A stretch of DNA of 63,176 nucleotides, counting the filler, from Octopus bimaculoides (taxonomy: Eukaryota), in the NCBI RefSeq assembly GCF_001194135.2. It is 7 parts of 6 records of this genome, joined end to end, with 100 filler letters (N's around TTAATTAATTAA, not from the genome) between each part and the next. Parts side by side here need not be neighbours in the genome. Positions count along the whole stretch, not along the records: positions 1 to 19,774 come from NC_068993.1; 6 more parts are not named here. One strand, given 5' to 3'. A model generated the notes under the pieces. It was given only the letters and a program-made list of their open reading frames with translations, was not told the DNA's origin and did no database searches. Position 1 is the first letter of the stretch, and the number at the start of each line of letters is the position of its first letter. Shown piece by piece: positions 1 to 9,943 of the stretch. A program made the position numbers and the translations under genes.

Positions 1-517
1 AACAGAAATGTACATATATATTGTGAGTGTATATATTTTAAAAACATATGTGCTTATACGAGCGTGCACACTCGTGCGTGTACTTAACATGCTCGTATAA
101 ACGCGGACATTTGAAGACCTTCACTGCAGAGACTGTCTCGAAAGAAAAATTCTCCAAATAGACAATGTATATGAAAAAAAAAAAAAAAAAAAAAAAAAAA
201 ACCCCAACCCAGTAGGCTCCGAATGACGTCATCGTACCGTAGGATGTATGTTTTCTGTATCGTCACGTCCCATTAGCTACGGACACCAAATTCATCGTTT
301 GTAACCCCATCACTCCAAAAAGAACAGTTCTTATATTTAAACTGCAAATAGTACAACCTGGAATTAATTAACTGGAGGCGCATGAAATGCCTGAAGTTAA
401 TTATTTATGTTACATAAATATATACATACCTATGTATGTATGTATGTATGTATGTATTCACACACACACTACTATATAGATATAAATGAATATATANNNN
501 NNNNNNAATGAATATGC

Positions 518-566
<49 letters not shown>

Positions 567-1140
567 TTTATCATGTGGTGATATATTTCTTCGTGTCAGA
601 GCGCCCCAATCTTTTCATTGAAGAAGGCAAGGAAAGAAGAAAAAATATTAGAGGAAGAGGAGTATGTTACAATGACGAAGTAGAAGAGTGTTGGTCATAG
701 GAGGGTTAGAACAAATATATAGTGATGGGAAGAACGAAGTTAATAAGCAAAACAAAATGTTGAACAGTTTAACAACAGACTGTAAGATGTTAAACATGCT
801 TAAAGAAAGATTTATTTTCTCTTTGACAAGAAGGTATGACTGGAAAATACATTGCGGTTTTACAGGGAAATTACTCTATTTAGTATCTTTTTTAGGTTAT
901 AACTCTTTCTTTGTGTCTGTCTATCTTTCTTTCTTTCATTTATTCAGGTGCTTAGGAATTGACTTCGGAAATTAATCACGAGAAAAACAATCCTCTTAAT
1001 TAGTCACTCTATAATGCGAAAACAGCGCCTAAATTAATGGGTAAATAGTGTGTCCGACTATAACAGTTTTAAAATTAGATAACCATGGATAATGAAAGAG
1101 ACTTGATTTCAACATTTAAACAAGTTTCTCGCTTATAAAA

Positions 1141-1351
1141 GCGGAGAGCTGGCAGGATCGTTAGCACGCCGGACGAATTGCTTAGCGCTATTTCGTCCGC
1201 CTTTGCGTTCTAAGTTGAAATTCCGCCGAGGTCAACTTTGCTTTCATTCTTCAAGAGTCGATAAAATAAATACCAGTTGTACATTGGGGTCGATGTAATG
1301 GACTTACCCACCCCACTTAGAATATCAAGCATTGTGCCTATAACAGAAAGG
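1141..1351 (+). mobile_element. SINE family A (tRNA-derived cephalopod SINE), near full length
   Basis: gcggagagctggcaggatcgttagcacgcc...gttgaaattccgccgaggtcaactttgc...gtcgataaaataaataccag...ttgtgcctataacagaaagg; the same sequence recurs at 32.0, 38.6-39.3, 56.1-56.6, 57.6 and 62.1-62.5 kb. Confidence 0.85.
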
Positions 1352-1900
1352 ATTCTCGCTTACAATAAAATACGAGTCAAGGAGAGAGAAAACGGGTCGC
1401 GTGACCGGCTAAAATAAATAACCATATGTCTCAAATCACACATTGACGCTTTCCCAATGTATCTATCATGTAGCACACGTTTGCAAAGAGAACGTCTCAT
1501 CCGCACAATCGTGCGTACACATACACACGAACACATATAGAAATGTATATTATTAATGCATGCTAACAACTTAACATGCAATACTACACAGTGGTTGTGT
1601 GAGCTGCGAATCCGCGTCGCCACTGTTATGTCTCAAGCTACTGCTATCTAGCACCTTCGGATGATCTCTACTCAACCGCTACACGACGGCTACTCAACTC
1701 CCCTACCACGGCCAGACTACCTCTATTTATATGTCTTGGGTGATCCTACTTCTTCGCTTGGAGGCGTCGACACAACATAACACAACACAAATTAACACAT
1801 ACACAGTTATACATTCACAAACATCTACATTCCCAGATGCACACATGTATGTACAAACCCAGATGTATGTACAAACCATACATACATACATAAAGCTGAA

Positions 1901-2253
1901 GATCAGTGAAAAAGAGAATACCTACGCTGAACTATTGAGAAATCTGCAGTTACTCTATCCAGATTATCAGGTTTGTACTTGTAATTATTGGAGCTCTGGG
2001 ATATGTAACACACTGCCTAAATGCCAATGCTCAGAAATTAGGCTTCTCAAAACCAGAGAGGAGAAAGCTGAGCATGTCTAGATATGCATGAAAAGACATA
2101 CATAAAACAGAACATACAAATCTGCACATATACATACATGCATACAAAAATACCCTGCTGTTTATGTTGAAATTCCAATGAAGGAGTCTTGGATCTAGGT
2201 TAGAAACATACTCTTACTCTGTTGGCAAGAAATCTTGAAATAAAACTGAATGA
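1901..2253 (+). mobile_element. 3' end of an RLE-type (R4/NeSL-like) non-LTR retrotransposon, copy 1, embedded in (TACA)n
   Basis: Reads SEKENTYAELLRNLQLLYPDYQ..., the C-terminal restriction-like endonuclease tail; homologous to 3730-4173 but lacks ~84 nt; flanked on both sides by tacata repeats. Confidence 0.7.
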
Positions 2254-2332
2254 CATACATATATACATACATACATAGAAACACGTAGACACACACACAT
2301 ATTTGCATACAAACATACACGCATGTTATTTA

Positions 2333-2500
2333 TCTTTTATCTATTACTTGCTTCAGTCATTAGACTGCGTCCATGCTGGGAGCGCCACTTCGAAGGGTTT
2401 TAATTGAAGGAATCGACTAGAGTGCTATTTTAAAGTCTGATACTTATTCAATCGGTATCTTTCGCCGATGCACTAAATTACGGGGATGTAAATAAACTGT
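2333..2500 (-). mobile_element. SINE family B, 3' portion, degenerate
   Basis: ttacttgcttcagtcattagactgcgtccatgctgggagcgcc...cactaaattacggggatgtaaataaac is the reverse complement of the family B tail seen at 20.8-21.0 kb. Confidence 0.7.
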
Positions 2501-2504
2501 CACC

Positions 2505-2545
<41 letters not shown>

Positions 2546-2661
2546 GTAGTTATTTAAACCTTGGATATACATTCTAAACCATGGAACCTGTAGGCAACCA
2601 GCTACAAGGATTATGATAGAATCAAACGAAACTGAGTTTATTGAGCGAGATACCTTTTGAA

Positions 2662-2768
2662 AGTCACCTGATGAGACACATCTGCACCGAAGTATGCACC
2701 ATAACCAGTTGCATAGTATCTCACCTGCGAGGGATCGATGCAAGATGGGTCGAAACAACGTTGTGATT
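2662..2768 (+). ncRNA. Type I hammerhead ribozyme candidate with long branched stem II
   Basis: Stem I AGUCAC(2662-2667)/GUGAUU(2763-2768); CUGAUGA 2668-2674; stem II GACACAUCU-GCA...UGC-A-AGAUGGGUC; GAAA 2752-2755; AC-AAC-GU stem III; GUU triplet ending at 2762. Lies 70 nt upstream of a Penelope RT fragment. Confidence 0.65.
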
Positions 2769-2838
2769 AATAAAGAATTTCGTGAATTCCACTTTCTCTT
2801 TCTCTCATTAACACTGCCATTCATGCGTCTTCTTCTCT

Positions 2839-3180
2839 AGGTACGTCGACAACATCACTCCCTCCCTGGAAGAAGCGAACACCATACATAAACATTTCAA
2901 TTACATCGACAGTCACATAAAATTCGAGTTTGAACATCCAGACGAGTGCGGAACTCTCTGTGTGCTGGATTTCCAAATCAGGATCACAGAGGAGGGTTAG
3001 GTATCAGTTCGTGCATTACGATTCAACCTGCCAACCAGAGCCAAAGCCACATACATACAGAACGAAATAGCACGCACAAGAGGCAGATGCAGTGAAGTAA
3101 TCGTCAAAGCCACCAGCACCAAGCGGTTCCTCAGGATCTTAGCACACAACGGCTATTCGCCATCCACAGCTAAAACGACT
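2839..3180 (+). mobile_element. Penelope-like element RT fragment (pseudogenised)
   Basis: RYVDNITPSLEEANTIHKHFNYIDSHIKFEFEHPDECGTLCVLDFQIRI* then RALRFNLPTRAKATYIQNEIARTRGRCS...RFLRILAHNGYS; YVDD-like motif; homologous to the 22.8-23.4 kb copy. Confidence 0.8.
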
Positions 3181-3249
3181 GCGTCTGCGAATCACGAAAG
3201 AGGGTAAACAAGAAAACCCATAACATCAGGTTGGGAAAGTGATTCTTTA

Positions 3250-3696
3250 CTTTGCCCAACTTCTCTCCCTCTCTCTCTCTCTCTTCGTTCCCTCTCTCTT
3301 CGTTCCCTCTCTCTCTCTTCTTCATCACTTCTCTCCCTCTCTCTTCTTCATCAACCCCATCTCTCTCTCTTCTTTCCCACCCCATTTCTCTCTCTTCTTT
3401 CTCACCCCATTTCTCTCTCTACCCTCTCTCTCTTTCTCTCTTTCTCTCTGTTTAGCAATTCGAAAGTCGAAAATGGAGAAAGCAGTTTGCTAATTCTTCA
3501 AATTGTCACAATTATCGTTGTGCGTGCGTGTGTATGTGTCATGCTTTTGCCGGACTATCTACACCTTCCTCTTTTTCCTCCTCTCGGGACTTTTTCCTCT
3601 TTCCAACGGAAAGCCAGGCTCGAAACGTCACTTCTATTTTTCCTAGACACCCAATTGACTTTTGTTCTCTCCCCTGTTTTTCAGTTTTGATTTGCC

Positions 3697-3710
<14 letters not shown>
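3250..3710 (+). repeat. Left arm of a long inverted repeat (partner 5655-6200)
   Basis: 3441-3636 equals the reverse complement of ~5768-5963 with 2 mismatches seen; the flanks are more diverged. Confidence 0.9.
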
Positions 3711-3727
<17 letters not shown>

Positions 3728-3729
3728 GC

Positions 3730-4173
3730 GATTCAGTGAAAAAGAGAACACCTACGCTGAACTATTGAGATATTTGCAGTTACTCTATCCAGATTACATG
3801 TTCAGGTTTATACCTGTAATTATTGGGGGCCTGGGATATGTAACACAATGCCTAAATACCAATCTTGCGAAATTAGGCTTCTTAAAACCAGAATGGAGAA
3901 AGCTAATTTGAAGGCTACAGATTCAATCCATTACTGGAACTGTAAAAATCTGTAAAACTTACCTGAAGTTTATCATTTAAATATATATGAGCATGTCTAG
4001 ACATGTAACTATATGCATGAGAATACACACATAAAACATACAAATATGCACATACATACATACATACAAAAATGTCCTGTTGTTGATGTTGAAATTCCAG
4101 TGAAGAAGCCTTGGATCTAGGTTAGAAACCGATTCTTTATTGGCAAAAAATCTTGAAATAAACTAAATAATGA
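3730..4173 (+). mobile_element. 3' end of an RLE-type (R4/NeSL-like) non-LTR retrotransposon, copy 2, embedded in (TACA)n
   Basis: SEKENTYAELLRYLQLLYPDYMFRFIPVIIGGLGYVTQCLNTNLAKLGFLKPEWRKLI*RLQIQSITGTVKICKTYLKFII*; the K-x-x-x-Y..PxxIGxLG..LQxxxxxGTxKI pattern is typical of RLE C-termini. Confidence 0.75.
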
Positions 4174-4445
4174 CATACATACATACATACATACATACAT
4201 ACATACATACATACATACATGCATGCATCTATCTAGGGCGGGTAAAATTCCCAAGATTTCTTTTGAAGGTAATTATTTAACCCATAAATGGGACCTTAAC
4301 AGGTACTACTACTCTGGGCCAGAGCAGACCTGGGAGTGATAACAACTAAGGGGTAACTTCACATTCCCCACAGCTCGAGGACGCCCGAACTAGAGCCTTG
4401 TCACACTTTTCTTTCCTCATACCCACATACATATACGTATATATT

Positions 4446-4935
4446 CAAATATGAATTAGAAGCAGCTCCAGGTATATAAACAAAATCAAAATCGAGCACA
4501 CATACGCAGGGTATGTATGTTGTTAGTTCGTGATGCGTGTTCGATTTTGTTTATATATCTGGAGCTGCTTCTAATTCATATTTGGATTTTTTTCCGTGGC
4601 ATGAAACGTTGGGATATGCCAATAGTTGCTGAGTAAAGCATTTAGCATATAGTCATAGTCGACGATATGGCTTGCAGTGGGACGTGTTCGGTATGTTGGT
4701 CAAAACAATGGCGAAACAATCCATGTCTATCGCTCCTAGAAAGGAACTGATGTGAGTTGTCTTGCTTGCCTATGACTTACTTTCAGGTGTTTTTTTCACC
4801 AGGCGTATAGAGAATATAATCTCTTTCACCTAAAAATCGCAGCCGACCAACGAACTAACAAAACACATACCCTGCGTATGTGTGTTCGATCTTGCTTATA
4901 TACCTCGAGTTGCTTCTAACTCATATTTAAAGATA
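4446..4935. repeat. Nested fold-back / MITE-like inverted repeats
   Basis: 4446-4487 vs 4543-4584 is a 42-bp inverted repeat with 1 mismatch; 4446-4531 is also inverted relative to ~4850-4930. Confidence 0.85.
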
Positions 4936-5113
4936 TATATATATATATATTTGTTTTGCAAGATGTTTTATGTGAATTCGTGTGTTGAAACAGATATTGT
5001 TGTATTTGGGGATGGTCATGTTGCCAGTTTAGCCAATAAAAACACCCGCACTGTATATTTGGTGTTAATTTGCTTCAGTTTTATATTACATTACATTACA
5101 TTAATCATATTTC

Positions 5114-5158
5114 GGCCAGAGTTCTTTCGTCACACTTCTGTGACCTCATCAGTGGTCC
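5114..5158 (-). ncRNA. Minimal type I hammerhead ribozyme candidate
   Basis: Minus strand GGACCA-CUGAUGA-G-GUCACA-GAAG-UGUGAC-GAAA-G-AA-C-UC-UGGCC: perfect 6-bp stem II, 2-bp stem III, CUC triplet, stem I CCA/UGG plus GG/CC. Confidence 0.65.
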
Positions 5159-5557
5159 TTTGCTTTCTTCTTTCTTATATGTGTGTCCCTCCTTGCTAAC
5201 GATCAGCCATTTTGTATTTATTATTCCTATTGCATGTGTCTACATTTGCGCATGCGTATCCCTCTATGTGTGTCTATGTTTGTCTATGTTTTGTAAGTGC
5301 ATGTGTGTGTATGGGGAGTGCCTGTATTATCTGTATCCTCTGTTAATACATGTTCGTTTATTTTTTATTTTGCTTTTATTTATTTATTTGTTCATGTGTT
5401 TATACCTACTTCGTTTCTTTTTTGTATTTAACTTAATTTTGTTAACGTATGTAGTATTTAATTCCATTTGTTTATCTATGTATTGTATTATATTTTGTTT
5501 ATATTGTTATCGGTTTATGGGGATTTTATTGTCATATGTTGTGGTTTGTTTATATAC

Positions 5558-5596
5558 CTGATGAGGTCACAGAAGTGTGACGAAAGAACTCTGATT
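5558..5596 (+). ncRNA. Hammerhead core, stem I destroyed
   Basis: Core and stem II identical to the 5114-5158 copy, but an 11-nt deletion (tggccgaaata) removes the 3' strand of stem I. Confidence 0.5.
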
Positions 5597-5654
5597 AATG
5601 TAATATAACGTAAAATAAAGCTGAAGTAAATTAACACCAAATACACAGTGCGTG

Positions 5655-6179
5655 TATGTATGTGGGCAAATCAAAACTGAAAATAGGGGAAAGAGCAAAA
5701 GTCAATTTGGGCGTAGACAGTGAATATATTAGATTGACACTTAGTGAAAGTTTTAAATGGGAAAAATGGAAGTGACGTTTCGAGCCTGGCTTTCCGTTGG
5801 AAAGAGGAAAAAGTCCCGAGAGGAGGAAAAAGAGGAAGGTGTAGATAGTCCGGCAAAAGCATGACACATACACACGCACGCACAACGATAACTGTGACAA
5901 TTTGAAGAATTAGCAAACTGCTTTCTCCATTTTCGACTTTCGAATTGCTAAACAGAGAGAAAGAGAGAAAGAGAGAGAGAGAGAGAGGGGGGAGGAAAGA
6001 AAAGAGACAGAAAAGAAGAGAGAAAGGGGAAAGAAGAGAGAGGGGAAAGAAGGGAGGGAGGGGAAAGAAGAGAAAGAGAGAGGAAAGAAGAGAGAGAGAG
6101 AAAGAAGAGAGAAGAAAGGAGAGAGAGAGAGGAAAGAAGAAAGAGAGAGAAAAAGAGAAAGAAAGGGTGTGAGTGTGAA

Positions 6180-6200
<21 letters not shown>
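5655..6200 (-). repeat. Right arm of a long inverted repeat (partner 3250-3710)
   Basis: Reverse complement of 3441-3636; carries ~40 extra nt near 5715-5760 that are absent from the left arm. Confidence 0.9.
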
Positions 6201-6218
<18 letters not shown>

Positions 6219-6807
6219 GACAGAATTAATCGTCGAGGATGTAATTCCTATATAAAGCTGATATTTTTTTTCCTGGCACCACCNNNNNNNNNNNNNNNNN
6301 NNNNNNNNNNNNNNNNNNNNNNNNNNNNNNNNNNNNNNNNNNNNNNNNNNNNNNNNNNNNNNNNNNNNNNNNNNNNNNNNNNNNNNNNNNNNNNNNNNNN
6401 NNNNNNNNNNNNNNNNNNNNNNNNNNNNNNNNNNNNNNNNNNNNNNNNNNNNNNNNNNNNNNNNNNNNNNNNNNNNNNNNNNNNNNNNNNNNNNNNNNNN
6501 NNNNNNNNNNNNNNNNNNNNNNNNNNNNNNNNNNNNNNNNNNNNNNNNNNNNNNNNNNNNNNNNNNNNNNNNNNNNNNNNNNNNNNNNNNNNNNNNNNNN
6601 NNNNNNNNNNNNNNNNNNNNNNNNNNNNNNNNNNNNNNNNNNNNNNNNNNNNNNNNNNNNNNNNNNNNNNNNNNNNNNNNNNNNNNNNNNNNNNNNNNNN
6701 NNNNNNNNNNNNNNNNNNNNNNNNNNNNNNNNNNNNNNNNNNNNNNNNNNNNNNNNNNNNNNNNNNNNNNNNNNNNNNNNNNNNNNNNNNNNNNNNNNNN
6801 NNNNNNN

Positions 6808-6848
<41 letters not shown>

Positions 6849-6850
6849 TA

Positions 6851-6996
6851 TATACGACAGGCTTCTTTCAGCTTCCGTCTACCAAATCCACTCACAAGGC
6901 TTTGGTCGGCTATAGTAGAAGACATTTGTCCAAGGTACTGAACCCGGAACTATGTGATTGGGAAGCAAGCTTTTTGCCACACAGCCACTCCTGCGC
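6851..6996 (-). mobile_element. SINE family B, 5' half
   Basis: Reverse complement of gcgcaggagtggctgtgtgg...ccgggttcagt...actatagccgaccaaagccttgtgagtggatttggtagacggaagctgaaagaagcc. Confidence 0.85.
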
Positions 6997-7013
6997 TTTT
7001 TTTTTTTTTTTTC

Positions 7014-7157
7014 ACAGTTTTTTCACATTTGACGGATATTTGTCCTCATCTTGTTTGTTGTTAACACAACGTTTCGGTTGATATACCCTCCAGCCTTCAT
7101 CAGATGTCTTGGGGAAATTTCGAACCTGGGTTCTCATTCCTAAGGTATTTTCGATGT
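7014..7157 (-). mobile_element. Hammerhead-containing repeat attached to (TAA)n, left inverted copy (probable Penelope pLTR)
   Basis: Minus 7063-7108: GACAU-CUGAUGA-A-GGCUG-N10-CAACC-GAAA-C-GUU-GUGUU; reverse-complement homologue of 7557-7737. Confidence 0.75.
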
Positions 7158-7158
7158 A

Positions 7159-7190
<32 letters not shown>

Positions 7191-7503
7191 NNNNNNNNNN
7201 NNNNNNNNNNNNNNNNNNNNNNNNNNNNNNNNNNNNNNNNNNNNNNNNNNNNNNNNNNNNNNNNNNNNNNNNNNNNNNNNNNNNNNNNNNNNNNNNNNNN
7301 NNNNNNNNNNNNNNNNNNNNNNNNNNNNNNNNNNNNNNNNNNNNNNNNNNNNNNNNNNNNNNNNNNNNNNNNNNNNNNNNNNNNNNNNNNNNNNNNNNNN
7401 NNNNNNNNNNNNNNNNNNNNNNNNNNNNNNNNNNNNNNNNNNNNNNNNNNNNNNNNNNNNNNNNNNNNNNNNNNNNNNNNNNNNNNNNNNNNNNNNNNNN
7501 NNN

Positions 7504-7556
<53 letters not shown>

Positions 7557-7559
<3 letters not shown>

Positions 7560-7737
7560 TCGAAAATACCTTAGGAATGAGAACCCAGGTTCGAAATTTC
7601 CCCAAGACACCTGATGAAGGCTGGAGAGTATATCAGCCGAAATGTTGTGTTAACAAACAAGATGAGGACAAATATCCATTGAATGTAAATAATGTAAATA
7701 ATGTACATAATTCCTCATCTCTTAAATATAGAACTGT
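7557..7737 (+). mobile_element. Hammerhead-containing repeat attached to (TAA)n, right copy
   Basis: 7606-7651: GACAC-CUGAUGA-A-GGCUG-N10-CAGCC-GAAA-U-GUU-GUGUU; perfect 5-bp stem II. Confidence 0.75.
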
Positions 7738-9614
7738 GTTAGTCTTTCATATAGTTTCTGACATGAATATGAGACCCGTTCAACAACCACTCCAAAGGGA
7801 CCAAAAAGGAAGACTCCTAAGTGGTCAATCGATCTGTAAGAACTAGCAGCTAATTCTCTTTAATTGTTTCAGACCCAACGATCTTATACAAGGACGCACT
7901 ATAATAAAGTGGGATCAATCATCATTCAAAAATCTTTGATCATAAATCTAACCAATAACTACCTAAGAACGCAAAGAACCGGGACAAGCGCAATTCTAGA
8001 GATTCAGCCAATCTACAATAAAAATAATTCAATTCAATACCATCCCGTCTAAAAAAAAAACTTTAGAAATATAAAAAAACATTGGATTTTTACTATCTCA
8101 ATTTTTTTTAGATATAGAATGCCTTGGGGCTTTAAAAAATTTTTTTTATTAAAGATGCCAGTGTGATATTTGAAAACAATTTAGTCGTTACTTCTAGCAG
8201 ATCAAATAACCAGGTAGAGGGTACTGCGTTGAGTTGATTTGACAGAATTACTTCTGTAAAGGTACTTCAGGATTATATCATTTTTTAGCCAACACTGACA
8301 TTGTCGCATTATATGTGTGCTGGGGTATTTTTCAGAGATACTTAATAATTGTGATGGTAGATAATTGGATAGATTGGAAATTGACAGATTACTTGGAGAG
8401 AGTGAGAGACAACAAGAGGAAAGCAGTATTCGACAGACAACAAAACTTAGAGAAGAAAGAGTGACAGGGAGGAAGAAATAACGTGAGATTTGGAGAGATT
8501 TGGAGAAAAGAAAACCAGAGTTCTAAACAGACACAGAGAGAAGGAGGAAACAGACAGACAGAGAAGTAACGTGATAAAATAACACAGGCAAGCAAGCGGA
8601 TGATAGAAATAGAAAGAAAGAGAAATTTGGGCATGATATCGAACTGTGTCAAGAGAGAAGCGTCATTGAGAAATAAAGCAGAAACAGTGGGAAGAAAATC
8701 TGGGGGAAATAAAAAGAGATATAACAAGAGAAGGAAAGAGATAATAGTATCAGTGAGTAAGAATAGTAAACAGTGACAAGAAAGATCTCTTGAGCGAGGA
8801 AAGTGAACAACGGACTTTTCAAATACAGGTGGAATGGCAAGGTTAAACAGACGGAAGCGTTCTCAGTAACAGAGAAACTATTTAGCTTTGAACTGCGAAA
8901 AGGATGAATCTTATCGCAAGAAATCAATGTTCGATTATAAGAACAGAGAAGAAACACTGTAAAACGGCAATAAGAAACAGAAGCAAAAGTCGAAGTACAA
9001 GGATAATTGAACGAAGATAAAGTGGAATACAAGACAAGAAAGGGACAAGATTTGAAGAGAAATTGAGAAATACCGAAAGGGGGCCGAAATAAACCCTGTC
9101 ATCTTTTGTTGGTACTGCACGGATGTTTATCTTCCTTTTTCTCTTTCTATATGTGTGTGTACGCATTTGTATTTGTGTATGTATGTATGTATACAATATG
9201 GTGAGCGCACGAACGTGCATACACACACTCCATATGCAGATGAATATAAGTAGTACAATTTAACTTAGTCTGAAAGAGATATTTAATGAGTGAGAAAGTA
9301 CAATGCAACTGGCTGCGGTGTTATGACTATGTCTATATAAACGAATTATAAACCTGAAATATAACACATAAAGGAATTATAGAATATTTAACCTTGCAAA
9401 GTGTATGTGCTAGGCTAGTCAAGAGAAACAGGTAGCTAATTGGCACTCTACGCTTGTATTGAGTACGTCTTTTCCAAAGGGTTACTTAAGAACAGATATG
9501 TATGTACACAAGCGTGCACACACACGCATGCACACACACACACAAGCACACACACACGCACAAGCACACGCGCGTACACGCACACACACACACACGCACA
9601 CACGCACACACACA

Positions 9615-9775
9615 TATACACGAGGAACTTCTTTCAGTTTCCGTCTACCAAATCCTCTCACAAGGCTTAGGTCGGACTGAAGCTATATTAAAAGGCGTTA
9701 AGGTATCACGCAATGGGAGTGAACTTGGTATCATGTGGTTGGGAAGCAAGCTTCTTACCACACACCCAGTCATGT
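9615..9775 (-). mobile_element. SINE family B, 5' half
   Basis: ctttcagtttccgtctaccaaatcctctcacaaggcttaggtcgg...catgtggttgggaagcaagcttcttaccacac. Confidence 0.8.
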
Positions 9776-9895
9776 ATATGTGTGTGTGTGTATTATATAT
9801 GTAAGTATGTATGTATGTATGAAGCTACTCCTGTGTATGTGTGTTTGTGAGTGTATATGTGCATATACATACACACACACACACATACATACACA

Positions 9896-9943
<48 letters not shown>

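Larger units (their letters stand above)
4980..5652. mobile_element. Inverted pair of hammerhead-bearing repeat units (probable Penelope pLTR-derived non-autonomous element)
   Basis: 5048-5152 is the reverse complement of 5558-5652; each arm carries ctgatgaggtcacagaagtgtgacgaaagaactc reading outward; the tail sequence recurs at 61.7-62.0 kb. Confidence 0.75.

Noticed and set aside
5910-6925. Long ORFs spanning N gaps (and similar ones at 11.2, 21.7, 24.5, 31, 34, 41-43, 46.7 and 55 kb)
   Set aside because: Open only because N codons contain no stops.
8390-9100. Purine-rich stretch possibly from an L1 linker or coiled-coil region
   Set aside because: Only vague similarity (EKYRKGAEI) with many stops; cannot be supported.
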